Origin: Dudresnaya verticillata
Lineage: Eukaryota
Direction of reading: 5' to 3'
Assembly (NCBI GenBank): GCA_977862235.1
Contig: OZ374562.1
Coordinates: 1,984,001-2,048,000 of the forward strand
Length of the DNA stretch: 64,000 nt
Positions 30,979-43,012 of this stretch are shown here, one piece after another. The position numbers and the translations under genes are program-made. The notes beneath the pieces are model-generated. The model did not search any database and had not been told where the DNA came from. It saw only the letters and a list, made by a program, of their open reading frames with translations. Every line of letters starts with the position of its first letter. The stretch's first letter is position 1.

Positions 30979-32493
30979 ATGGCCTCACGACCGCCGACGT
31001 CGCGAGGCCCAAGTTCAAGAAGACCGTCCTCGACGCCTGCGAGTGTCCCCGCGTCAGAACGGTCGCTACAGCGGATGACAACAAGATCAGGGCGCTTCGT
31101 TAGCCCAGACATCGTGTCGGCGTTCCTGACGCCACCCCCGGACCACGGTCACGCTGGCTCCCACGTGTCGCTTAACGGAGGAGAGTTACCTCGCCCGCCG
31201 ACGCGTATTCCTGTTGCCATCCGCACGTCAGTCCCCGAGGGATCGGCCCTCCGCACCTACCACGCCTATGTCGACTCGGCTGATACAGTACAAGCCGAGC
31301 AACGGGGCGTCGTAGACGAAAGACAAGCCGAAATCATCGAGGAGCAACCGGAACTTCCGGACCAACCAACCATCCCCGTCAGTAACGATAAGGAGCACTC
31401 CGCGGAGCGCGACGTCGCTGACGACCCATTGACACCTGGGGCATGCTGCCCCACTCCCCACGGCAGCGCCGGTTGCTCACCGGCTAAGCCGAAGTCGACA
31501 AGCCAAAGGGATGCAGGAATGCCTAACCGGTCAACCCCCGAAAGCCATCCGCCCACGGCGTCACCCTCGGCCGTCCGCGTGAGTAACATAACGATACCAC
31601 GCGAACGGATCCGAGAGGGGTGCGTCTTAGAAGACGATGCTCTGCTCGCAAGGTTCGCTGGTTTGCTAGACGACAGTGTCGGAGGAATCGCAAGTCGTCT
31701 ACAGACGTTGGAAGAGGATCGAGACGGCGCCCTACAAGGGCTTCGCTCCGATCTTGACCGTCTACTGACGAACCAAAACGCCCATAGCGAGGGTACCCAG
31801 CCACCGCCGGCAGTAACGGTCCATTCACACTCTGAGCTTAGCTCACGCGAACGCTTTCAGCGACTGGCGACTCGCTTAGAGCGTCTCGAAACCGCCAAGT
31901 GGCGCAACTGTCCACCGTCGGGTGACGAGAGTTCGTGCGAAGACCGTCACAGACGCAAGGATCGGAAGAGAAGCCGCCGCCAGCTGCGTCATAGACGGAA
32001 GAAGAACCGTCATCGACGTGGGGATTCATCCTCGTCCTCTTCGGACTCAGTAAGTGACGGAGAGTCATCCGACTCTTCGTCTGAAGACGACGACTTCGCT
32101 GTCGGAAGTGCTGCAAGACCTCGCGGAAAGCGGTTCAAAGGATCGAAGGAGCTACGCCCCTTCAACCCCCTCTTCGACCAGCTATTATCGTATAGGACTT
32201 ATCTTCTCCAGGACATAGGGCAGAAACGCTCAGGGCGCGACACGGGTAAGGTCAAGGACAATATTAAGCGTCTGGAGCTGACCTCGAAGGACGCCGCCTT
32301 CAACGGCAGCGACCCCGTCATGGTCCTGGAGTTCCTAACGCGTTTCGCGGATGAAGCCGATACGCTGGAGATGAGCGAAGCCCAAGCGTTTGTAGCGCTA
32401 CCCTACTTCTTGCGAGGTACGGCAGCCACGCAGTTCCGCTCCGTCAAGTCGACGACTTCGCACCATCGCGGCGGGAGTTGTTGGATGACATAA
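30979..32493 (+). pseudogene. gag: Gypsy B gag, 3'-truncated
   Basis: ELRPFNPLFDQLLSYRTYLL and FNGSDPVMVLEFLTRF...MSEAQAFVALPYFLRG are homologous to gag A. Similarity ends abruptly near 32485. Confidence 0.85.
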
Positions 32494-32805
32494 CCAAAGA
32501 ATTCCGAACCTTCCAAAGGTTTTCGCTAAAAACCTCAAAGCTTTAAGGTCTCTTTTCCACTAGAGATTGTAATTAATCAAAAGATAGTTTTGGACTTGAT
32601 GTTTCTAGATGGAACATTCCTTCATGTTGTATATTTGCAAGCTCAATTTTCTTCACCTGCTTTTCTACCCGGCCGCTCTCTACAAGCAATATGGTATGTT
32701 TTTCCCTAGAATGCTGGGCAACTGTTTATACAGATTTCCCAGATTATATTAGAACTGATCGCGGAAGCCTGTTTACTTCTCGTAGTTGGAAAGAAATTAT
32801 GGACA
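32494..32805 (+). pseudogene. AT-rich integrase core fragment, probably Ty1/copia-type
   Basis: PQSFKVSFPLEIVINQKIVLDLMFLDGTFLHVV then, after a frameshift, ECWATVYTDFPDYIRTDRGSLFTSRSW. The first two acidic DDE residues are present. Confidence 0.7.
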
Positions 32806-34393
32806 TGTAGCAATACGACGGGTACTGTAAGCGTTTGGGAAAATATACGCGGTACTTATAGCTAGAAACAAAACGAAAGTTGCGTCAGAAGTGTGGCGCA
32901 AACCGTATGGAGACGATTGACAACTCCCGGTTGCCCGATACCCGGTGGGTAGCGCGCTTATAGCGAGGGTGAGGTAAAGCGATGAGAACACACCGAGGGC
33001 GGACTGTGAACTCCCTGGGCGGTAAAGGCGAAAACAAAGAAACAAAAGGGAAAAGGGGGATAGGGAATAACACGTCTTGGACGTAGACTGGAACGGAAGC
33101 ACGGGTGGCGCAGTTGCCCTCGGCATCAGTTGAAAGAACGCACTAGCGGAGGGGCTCCAGGTCCGAGCCCGGCTGGCCGGGTTTATTCCAACGTCCCAGA
33201 TGCATTACTTAATCTACTACCCCTACTATACAGGCGGCCCCGGCGCGGCTTGGCGCACGGGAATTCAGGACGGGTGTCACACCACCGCGTGCCTGACACA
33301 TCGTCGTAGTCATGCAGACGTGTACCCGGGAATAAGGAGTAGCTTACAGGCGCGTGTGCGCAGCGATGTGGGCGATCCAAATTCGGATCCCGATCCTTGT
33401 CAGCATTGCTGGCGCAAGGCCATTACAGGCGCGCGCCTTACCTTCAAACGAATCCCGATGCCTGATCCCGATGTCCGGTCCAGATCCAATCCGGACCCGG
33501 GCCATACTTACAGGCGCGCGCTTTAAACCCCGTGGATCTCGATGTGAAATCCGTATCTGCGGCCCGCAAGGTGTACAGTACTCCGGGAAACATGTCCGCG
33601 TGGGGCGCGGCGTCCATGCGCCGGTGGGTCAGTCTTTCGTCAGTAACGTGATGATAAGTTTTACGCCATGTTTAATGTGAGCTCACGCGAGCAACAAAGG
33701 CCCATATGCGAGCGCACCGGCACAGGGTACCAGAAGGGGTAGGGCCAGTAGTATGGATCTAGGGAGGGCTAGAAGTGGGGGGACAGCAGTTGGGGTGTAC
33801 GGTGGGGAGGGCATTGGGAGAGGGAAGTCAGCGGCACAGAGGTTGTGTATGGCAGAGAGTGTTTGGGATACTTGGTCAAGGTCGGCAGGGGTGGGATCGC
33901 GAGTGGACTGGGTGTGCAGGGCTCGGCAGTAGGTGCGTAGGACCGTTCGTTTCCGTGGGCAGTGCGGGGGTATGGGGAAGGTGCCAGGTGCCACCGAATG
34001 GTGAGCAGGCGTTCCTGGTGGTTGGGGAGCAGGAGCGCTGTGGGATAGCGGTGGTGACGGTGTAACGGGGCAGGCCAGCGCCCCATTAAGGAAGAGCACC
34101 ATTCTGTGGTAAGTGTCGAGGCGGCTGCGGAGGGAAATATCGGATGCTGCATCATACTGCACAGCGACAGATAGCTGGCAAGCGGCAAGGCCTGTAAGAT
34201 GTGTTGCGCGTGTCAAGAAACTGGGGAGGCGGGGGATATGGCATGGTGGCGAAGCGATACAATGCGTCTCCGCTGTAGGACCTGCAGCCGGAGTGCCATT
34301 GGCAGAATCCGGAAAAGTGCTCTCAACGTGTGAAGACGTGAGGTGGGCATGCAGGCAGATCGCTGAGCGATGACAATGCGAGAGAACTCCCCG

Positions 34394-35878
34394 TCAGGAC
34401 TGTCCAAGACCTTCAGCAATTCTGAATTGTAGCTGACAAAGGAGCATCCATGTTCGTAGACTGATCTGTCGAAGGTGTGGTAAATGAATTTGAAAGACTG
34501 TGCTGGCATGGTGTGGGAGACGAATCCAAGTGATACGAGGGATCGCAAAACCTTTTTGGCTGAGACAATGCGTCACAGGATGGTTGAGACATGGGTCCCC
34601 GAGCATGAGATGTCGACCCTGAGGTAGGGAGTCATCCTCTTGCACAGCAATTCTTGTTGACAAAGACGGAACTGTGAAGATGTTGGGCGACCGCAATGTC
34701 GCGGCTCCAGGAGGACGGAGCACTTGGTGAGCGCCCATGTCATTCCGTACTCTAGGACCCAGTCTTTGCAGACGTGTAGGGCTTGGAGGAGGGCATTTGG
34801 TGAGTCGGCATGGATGAGGCAATCGTCCGCAAACAGTCGAACAGGAGAACGGGTGTCAGGTCTTCCAAGTGTGTCGCAGAGCGAGTAGGCAAGGGCTTCG
34901 ACGTAATGATTGAATAGTATCGGGCTAAGGGGCGATCCTTGGATGACCCCGCGGCGAATTTGAGCTGTTGAGTTTGTTGCATCGCCCGCGATGCGCACTG
35001 TCAAAGCGTCAAGTTTGGATCTGATTATGGCAACAAGATGTGGCAACAAGATGTGGCGACAGCCAATCAGCACAGAGCTGGAGTAGTTTGTTTTGGTCAG
35101 CCCGATCGTAAGCACTCTTGAGGTCCAACACAGCGATATAATCGTCTCATGTTGCACTGGCGGCGGCAGTGAGTGCGACGGCCATGTCCGGGCGAAGGCG
35201 TCGTTGGAAACCGAACTGCATTCGGTGGGGTTGGAAGACGGATTCCACCTCATACGCCATTGCTCTTTCGATGACCGTTCTCGCACGGGATAGAATACAT
35301 AGCGGTCGGTAGCATGCTGCATGCGATGGATTGCCGGATTTGTACACCGGTACAAGGAGTCCATCTTGCTACTGTCGTGGAAAAACTCCAAGCTTTCCAC
35401 ATCATCGCCATACTGCGAAGAGTAGGTTTTCTGCAAGGTCGGGACAGAGTTTAAACATTTCGACTTGCGTGCGGTCAGGTCCGTTGGCTTTTCCTACATC
35501 CATGGCAGGTATAGTAAGAGATATGGAGGGCTTTAACGATGGGGGTACATAGAATTCTACCGGGGTCGGGGCTGGGGGCGTGTCGGTTGGGGAATTCATG
35601 TGCCGAGTAAACCCAGCAGTGGCGAGGATGGAACCGGATGCATTGAGCATGAGTGTGCGCCTCTTCCTTTTTCGTTGCTGTACCCGGATTTCTTTGGCCA
35701 GCTCAGACTGTGGGCGGTTTAGAAGCTCCAATTCATATCGATCTTTCTGTTTCTTCTTGATGGCTCGAACTAGAAAATGGATGGCGCGTTGTGACGAACT
35801 GTACTCGATTTCGGCAGTGGTGCGTGCTGTTGCAATGGTTCCGTCCAACTGCGTGTGAAATTTGGATGTCCATAGCAT
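34394..35878 (-). pseudogene. Frameshifted non-LTR reverse transcriptase (unit 2)
   Basis: Same translations as 401-1885. Confidence 0.88.
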
Positions 35879-37645
35879 TATGCTGCCCGGGGGGTGAAGG
35901 CGTTGTCAGTCGGCATGTCTCAGCACTTGAGGTGCCATGCGGCGGTTGGGGGACTCCACTTCAAGGGGGACAGGATGTTGTGGGCCAGAGGGAGTTCGTT
36001 GCGATAAGCAGCGGGGAGCCGGCAGGGGAGTGGATGCCTCGACGCACGAGGCCGTCGCGGTACTGGGCGTCTACCAGTGGAAGGTGTGCACCATACGGGC
36101 CTGGATAGCACGGCGGTGGAGGCCAAGGGCCAGGTGGGTCCCTTCTTTGGAGATGCGCGCTTGTAGGCGGTCACCAACAGAGGGGTAGGCGATTGCGAGT
36201 GTACGGACTTGTTTCTGGTACCACAACGCAGTTGGTAGGTGGGGGGAGGCTTTCCATTTCTCCACCACCTTGTTGCGACATGAAGGACAGGGTCTTCCGG
36301 AGTCAACGTAGGGTGGGTATCCGCGGTCGGGACGAGCGGGTTGAAGTCCATGGAGACAGGGCGTATGCACTTCGTGAGGCGGGAAAGTAATACTTGGCAG
36401 GACCCTTCCTCGAACACTACCTCGACGATTTAGGGGGGTTTTGTGGTGTGATAAGATACGTTCCGGAGCGCACGGTGGTTACCACTGGCGATATCGTGGA
36501 GTAGGCAATTGTAGAGGTCGCTGACTCTATCCCATTTGTCTCAATAGAAGTAGGCCACAGTGAGTGCGCTTTTCAGCTCCCAGATGTTGTCGCGCGGAGT
36601 CGAGTCGGATGGATACAAAACATGCAGGTCATTCATGGTCTTGGGGGGCGCCGGGCTCGGTGCGTCAGCACAGACAGCGTCTCGGAACGATATTGGCTTT
36701 CCATGGGATGCAGCGCGGTCTGTGGTAGGCGTTAGGGAGGCACGATTAGCTGGCGCCTTGGCGGTGGAGGTTATAGTGGGATTGATTGGTGCCCAGGTTG
36801 CTCTGGGCATGATTCTCGGGCGTTCGGGGGATGTATTACCTCTTGCTATGTGCCGCCGGGGCAGTTCTGTGGCACCTGGCGGGATGAAAGAAGGGCGGCG
36901 AGTGATTCAGTTTGTTCCTTGGCTAGCTGGGCAGCGTATGCTCTCGCGGCCTGGGCCGTGTCGGCAATTTTATGCGATAGTCGGTCGGAGACACCAGTCA
37001 GCTTAGTGCGGAAGGTGGCTGCGTTGTCACCAATTCGGCGTGAGAGAGTCTCCTTCCTTGTTTCAAAGCTTTTCTCAAGGGCGAACATCTGCTCTCGTTG
37101 TGCACACAGTTCACCACGTGTTTCCTGGAAGAATGCGTCTTGGCGTAGAATGGACATCTCCAGAGCAGCAGGGGCTGTCTCTGTCGCTCGAGCACGCAGG
37201 TCGTGACGAGGCGTGGATAGGGGCTTGGCGAGTAGTTTCGGCATGGTACGGGCAGCGTGTCGGGGAGCGTCACCGGTACGGAGGGCGCGAAGCAGCGCTG
37301 AGTTGTAGAGAACCGTCTGACAGGAGTAATAGAAGAAGGCAATATAGGTAGTGTTGAGGCGCTTGAGAGCGACCGGGCGTGGTTTCGGGCAGCGGGGGCA
37401 AAGGCAGAAAGCGGTGGTTGCAGGGTTGAGCAGGTCTGAGTTGTGCTGCGCGGCGAGGTCTACGGAACCGAGGTGTGCGGCGGCGCGACGGTCTTGGGCT
37501 TGTGGAGGAATGGGTGGGGTACCGTCGGCGGTGGAGGAGGCTCGGGCGGCTTGGTCAGTTCCAAATTTCTTGGGCTGTTTTCTGACGCTTACCGACGTGC
37601 ATTTCGCGTCTGGTCGCTTGGTTGTTGGGAGATTTTCTTTGCGAC

Positions 37646-38454
37646 TGTGGCATAGACGTCAGGTCGAACTGACGTCTAGCGCTGCTGGTCTCGTCGTCGC
37701 ACCCAGACTCGTCGACGGGTAGTAGCGGTAGGTGGTAGAGAGGTATTGTCGGCCGCTCGCGCCGTCGACGGTCGCGGATCAACGGTGTCGAAACCTGAGC
37801 GCGCACGGAGCGGACCGTAGCGGGCGGATCCCTGCGTCCCCGTCGTGGGGCGGCACGAAGCCGACGGGAGGGAAAGGAAGAGGAAACCCTAGGCGGCTAG
37901 GGGAGCGAAATACTGGGAAAGAAGCCCAAAGCAGAAAGGGGCAAGCCTGGCGTAGGCTGGCTTGCCTTTGTTTACTCAGCCCAGAGGGGCGACTACTAAA
38001 TAGAGTACAGGGCCTGCGGCGGCACCAATCCGGGAGGTACACCGGCGCGCCCCGGCACGCGTCGACGCGTACGGGTAACGGTAACCCGGGGGCGCGCGTG
38101 GGCTAAACGGTCCAAACGTACGCACCGGCTCGACGCCGGAGTATGCGCGCGTGTGTCGCGCACTCAACGGCTCTACGCCGCAGTGCGTGCGCACGGCGCG
38201 TGGAATAGCAGGGCGTTCGACCGCCGCCTACACTATACCTACTGTACACTACACAAAAATAAACGTACAAATTACACGGGAGTGTCAGTGTCAGACGCGT
38301 ACACACATAGGCGCGGGCGCCACAGCGCACTTCCTTACAGTCAGAGGGGCCTCGACGCCACCGGCTGACAGCGTGCGCACAGCGGTGCACACGTGGCGCA
38401 GCTGGTCTCACAGCTACACGGGTGTGGCACAGCCGGTCTTACAGCTATGCCACA
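37646..38454 (-). mobile_element. Solo LTR C (unit 2), TSD GCGAC
   Basis: Copy of 3653-4461. Confidence 0.9.
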
Positions 38455-41170
38455 GCGACCTGGGGTTTCGACGTTGCGTCATAGTGGGGTGATCTCTGGC
38501 CCGGCAGGCCGGGCGGCGCGGTGCACATGACGCGGGCTAACTTGACTCCTTGTTGGAGATGATTTCCCATTGCGGGAATGGCAACCAATTGCCGCGAGAG
38601 CTGATGTCAGTATTTTGGGGGCTTCGGGTGGTGGGGGTGGAACTGATTGAAATAATGTGCGCGACAACCTCAATCTGTTAAGACACTTTCCCAGTAACAT
38701 GCTCGCGCGCCAACGGCGGTTGGGGTTTTCCGTCGGTGGACGCCTTATAGCACAAGCTCAGAGCGAAAAATGCAAGCCACTCCCTTGCATGACAAGAAGT
38801 TGGTGGCCTTGCGTTTGTCGCTTTCTTTTGTCTGTGTTTCTCGAAGGTCCGCTGACCCCGCTCAGAACGCGGAAACTCGCGCTTGTTGTCAAGCACCTGA
38901 ATATGGCCGAGTGACTCGATATGGTCGAGCCGCGGTATCGGCTCGTTGCACGGAATGCACACAATGAGTATACGATAGAGCAGGTACCCAGCACCGGTGG
39001 TACAGGGGGAGGAACCCAGAGGTTGGACGAATGGCCGTAACCTAAATGGAAGCACGACACTGCAGGTAGTTCACTGGGCGGGCCGTTATCCGGGAACGCG
39101 TCGCGAATGCGCGGCGGTGCCGATAGATTCTGTATGCAGCTGGGGCCGGAAGGTGCTACCTTTACTGTACAGTGCCCGCCCCGGGAGATAACCTTATAAG
39201 GTACCCCGAGGGTCGGGTATGTATACAGGGTAAACCCCTCACACTAGGCTATTGACGTGCCTCCTTCCTAAGCTCTTATTTGTTGCAGGCATTATAATGC
39301 CACGGTATTGGTATTGGTTGAACGGGAATGTATGCGATCGAAAGGTCGCATACGAATCGTTATTCGCCCGCGGGGCCTAGGAAGGGTCGAGACGGTTCGA
39401 CGGCTGTCTGTTTTGCAAGTCAGAGGCTGAGAGATCAGATAGGGAGGGAGCACGAAAGGGATAAGGGCCACGGAAGGGAGGCTATAAAATCAACAGGCAT
39501 GAATTAAACTGTGTGTTTTGTTTGCCGATTGATCACGGACGCGTGGGATTCTCCAGAGTGCATAGGTCCGCGCGGTGCTTGGAACCTACCAGAGAAACCA
39601 CTGTGGGAGTCTTACGTGAACTACGTGCGCCTGTAGTGCGCTCACGGAAGTATTGGCGATACTACAAGGGTGAAATAAGCGCGAATGTTTGACTGCAACA
39701 GGTGATCGAGAAATTGAGGAGCCCTTTTAGGACAGGGTATTTGTAAGGCTCGTGCTTTTGTTAAACAAGGAACAGTGAATACGCGCTCAGGGAGGAACAC
39801 GAGTACCTCCTATATGCCCGAAACAGGTTATAATGGTGCTCAAGGTGAAAAGACGTGAAGTGTAGCTGGTACTGTTGTATTGGAGAGTATTGAAGCCGTC
39901 GAGGAGTTGCAAATCGGGCTTCACGGAACATATTGACATCGCGGAAGCTGATCGTGAGAGAGAAGCCGCACATCGATCTTCAGGGAAAGAGAAGAAGTGG
40001 AGAAATGGAAACCCGCAGTGGTCCAATTACACTATCAGAACCACGTCTGTATCATCCTCGAGAAGTTGATCTGCAGTTCAGAGGAGAGAACGAAGCTGAT
40101 ACGTCGTCAACTAAGTATCAACGGTGGAAAGAGGAAAGAAGCACCCCAGTTTCAGTGGTTCCCTTAGGCACACAAGGACAAAGAGAATTTTTATCAGAGT
40201 TTAAGTGCTAAATGTTCTTGCAACGTTCAGGACGGGGCATATTGAAGTGTCTGTGTCAAATGGTGGTCCGTAGGCGGAACGGCGATTCCATCCAGAACAT
40301 ATCCAAGCTTACTGAGACAGGACCATAGAACATGGCCCGAATGCATTAGGCCACCCATCGCTTAGGAGGGTATGAATCAAGCCGCATGGGACTACTATTT
40401 GTACTCTGCTCATGTCGCGTTAAAGATTTATGAGATAATTCTGGAGAAGTCTAGATGGAGAAGGATTGGAGATGGATCCTTCTTCATTGCAAAGCGCACT
40501 TGGGAAAGGTTGCTACAGAACTTTCCAGTCACTGAGGAGACGAATCTGAGTCTTTTACTCAATTATTTCGAAGCGAATGCTGAACGAGTGTTTGGAGAGG
40601 CTCAGCAGCTAGCCTGGAGGCTACTTCCACTGAAAAGGAAATGATTACTTTATTCGTAAAGTAGCAATCATCGAAACAAATGACTAACCCGTAAAAGCCT
40701 GAGGGCCTGCAGAATAGAAGCATAGAAGGTGTAAAGAGTTCAGGAATGGTAGAGATGTAGACTAACGAAGGAAGAGACTTGATGTGAATGAGCAGGGAGG
40801 GAGGGAGGGAGAACGAAGGAAAGAACTTGCCGAGAGAGCGATGGATGCGTTCGGCTACGGTATTATATAGGCCGGGGAGAACTATTGTCTGCGACAGACG
40901 GTATAGTTTTCGCATCCACACGACAGGAATGCAAGTCAGAATTGCCCGAAGAGGCTACAGTGCAGTAACTGTTTTCGGTAGCAATTCACTGATGCCGATT
41001 GCGGAGCCTGTAGACGAATTTGTAGACGCCGCTGTCGGCACTCACAGCTCTGACTTGGGGACGTTCGGCACGCTCGCTACCCTTGGCATGACTTTTCAAC
41101 TGTGTAAAGCGATTGGGACACAAACTGAAATCCAAAACCGTAGCAGAGCAGGCTTCTGCTCAGTCGAAGA

Positions 41171-43012
41171 TTACTGAGGGGGAGGAAACGAAGAGGATGA
41201 AGGTCCGCGAAGTGACCAGAAATAAATATTCATTTCCGTAGACAGATGGGGCCGGGAGTCGAAGTACACATTGATGACCATATTGCTGCTTCGCCATCCC
41301 CCACGACTGGTAATAACTGGAAGAGGAACACGAAGGAGGACTTGAGCAGTAACGCTCCCACTTCGAAGGCTGTGTGAGGTATACGTCGCATATGGAGGTG
41401 GGATGATCTGCAATGCAGCCAAACATGCTGACAGAGCTTCACTGACGACTTGGGGGCGGATGACAGGCCCGGGGCGGGCCCAATACAGTTCATCAGGAGC
41501 TAATGAGCTTCGTCGTCGCTCGAAAAATCGATGCTGGAGGGCAAGGGGGTTCCGAGACGTGAAAGCCGGTGGACTGTGTCTACAGGTCAGTGAGCATGCA
41601 CCAACGCCTCGTAATAGTCTTCCTTTCAGCGAACGGGGACGGGCATAGAGGGTTACTGTGTCAACAGTAGAATCGATGTTGACATCTTGAACATGAACCG
41701 TTCGAACGGTGTTTTCCCTCCACGTCATGAGATACTGAAATTCCACCAACGCCGCCTGGTGCTCCATGACAGAACCAGGGGGGGCTTGAAGGCCCAATTG
41801 CCGAATACGAAATACAATTTGGCCTGGTAGAGCAGCACGAACATCCGATAGCTCGCCACGTTGGTCGTCCTGAGACCTAAAGGCCCGGAGAAGGTCTACA
41901 TGCGGATTATCACGCAATGGGTCCGGGAGCCCTTGTCGCTGATGGGTAGTGCGGATTACTGAAATATAGTGGTCCACCGAACGCCCGTGAATACGATCCT
42001 CCTCAAACAAAAAGCCAACATACGCCAGAACTGTCCCCACCTCAGCTGGAAGTTCCCGGTGTCCATTTCGTTCACAGAAACGTTGGAACTTCCTCCATTG
42101 ACTGGTCGTGGTGCGGTCAGTAGATGGAGCAATACAGTGCCTGGCTAATGTGACTGCAGCTCTTCCTGCTGCAGTTGAAGGGACAAGAGTGGCGATTCTT
42201 CTTTGCAGAGCTTGGGCCGTGGTCTCCCTACTTCGGCCAATAGCAGACCCCAGGCTGGGTTGGCGCGTTCGGAAGTGAATAGCTGCTGCCCGGGCTTTGG
42301 GCTGATTACTAAACTGCTGAGCAAGAGCCGACTCAGTAAGCAGAACCAGGGAGCCCCTGTCCAGTTGGGAACCACGATTACGCCGTGAGCGCCCTCCGTC
42401 TTGATTTTGAGTAGTGTGGCTGTGATCCAAGGTGGAGGTGGATTCCATAATCGGCTCTTCCCATCGCCCCAGTGTTCGTGAAACTGAGCGAGAATAACTT
42501 TGCGACGCGCGATCGGCGCTTCCCCAAGAGGCCAGAACCGCCGCACGACTTGTAATTGGAGCGAGTTCGCGACTGACTGCATCAATGATGGCGTTGCGCG
42601 GAGGTCTCTGGGGTTCCAGGTGCGACTCAACGTGTCTGCGTGGCGGTTGAGAGCTGACGGGAGCCATTCGGCTCGAATCGTTACCTTCATTTGGACTAGA
42701 ACATGGTGTAGCAGCCGGAGTTCGTCCATCAGCTCCTTCTTCGCGGAAACCATATTCGAGACTATATGGAAAACGGCCATGTTGTCTATGTGCAGGAGTA
42801 GTATCGAACGATCTCCAGTAAGACGGGACTGTATCCATGAGTCTTGCAGCGCCATACGAACGGCTACTAGCTCCCTGAGGGTGATCGATTTTAGCCGGAG
42901 GAATGGCGACCAGATACCTTGTACTGATATTTCGCCCGGAGAACCGGCCTGCATGTCTTGACCCAAGGTTGCGCCGTAGCCGACATCTGCAGCATCGGTG
43001 TGCAGACACCAC
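41171..43012 (-). CDS. Tyrosine recombinase (unit 2)
   Basis: As 7179-9020, with one Q>K difference upstream of the domain. Confidence 0.9.
   Translation of the reverse strand: MVSAHRCCRCRLRRNLGSRHAGRFSGRNISTRYLVAIPPAKIDHPQGASSRSYGAARLMDTVPSYWRSFDTTPAHRQHGRFPYSLEYGFREEGADGRTPAATPCSSPNEGNDSSRMAPVSSQPPRRHVESHLEPQRPPRNAIIDAVSRELAPITSRAAVLASWGSADRASQSYSRSVSRTLGRWEEPIMESTSTLDHSHTTQNQDGGRSRRNRGSQLDRGSLVLLTESALAQQFSNQPKARAAAIHFRTRQPSLGSAIGRSRETTAQALQRRIATLVPSTAAGRAAVTLARHCIAPSTDRTTTSQWRKFQRFCERNGHRELPAEVGTVLAYVGFLFEEDRIHGRSVDHYISVIRTTHQRQGLPDPLRDNPHVDLLRAFRSQDDQRGELSDVRAALPGQIVFRIRQLGLQAPPGSVMEHQAALVEFQYLMTWRENTVRTVHVQDVNIDSTVDTVTLYARPRSLKGRLLRGVGACSLTCRHSPPAFTSRNPLALQHRFFERRRSSLAPDELYWARPGPVIRPQVVSEALSACLAALQIIPPPYATYTSHSLRSGSVTAQVLLRVPLPVITSRGGWRSSNMVINVYFDSRPHLSTEMNIYFWSLRGPSSSSFPPPQ

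Larger units (their letters stand above)
1..33993 (+). repeat. Unit 1 of a ~33.99-kb head-to-tail tandem repeat (phase arbitrary, set by the window start)
   Basis: The sequence at 1 (ccgaatggtgagcagg) recurs at 33994. The ORF track repeats with offset 33993 up to ~4620 and 33992 afterwards (1-bp indel near 4622/38614). Confidence 0.98.
33651..38691 (-). mobile_element. Full extent of the degenerate non-LTR retrotransposon (~4.2 kb without the nested LTR)
   Basis: Flanked by CAGTAACGTG (33641-33650) and CAGTAACATG (38692-38701). RT remnants lie inside and the last ORF stops at 33683. Confidence 0.8.
32892..38794 (-). mobile_element. Solo LTR B' (~852 bp: 32892-33650 plus 38702-38794) with TSD AGAAG, split by the non-LTR element
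   Basis: TG...CA termini, with AGAAG at 32887-32891 and 38795-38799. The two halves are consecutive inverted homologues of LTR B. Confidence 0.85.

Noticed and set aside
32806..39243. A further ~530-bp solo LTR (TGTAGC... to ...CCCCTCACA) hosting B'
   Set aside because: TG/CA ends are present, but the terminal inverted repeat is weak and the flanks (GGACA vs CTAGG) are not a TSD. It remains possible but unsupported.
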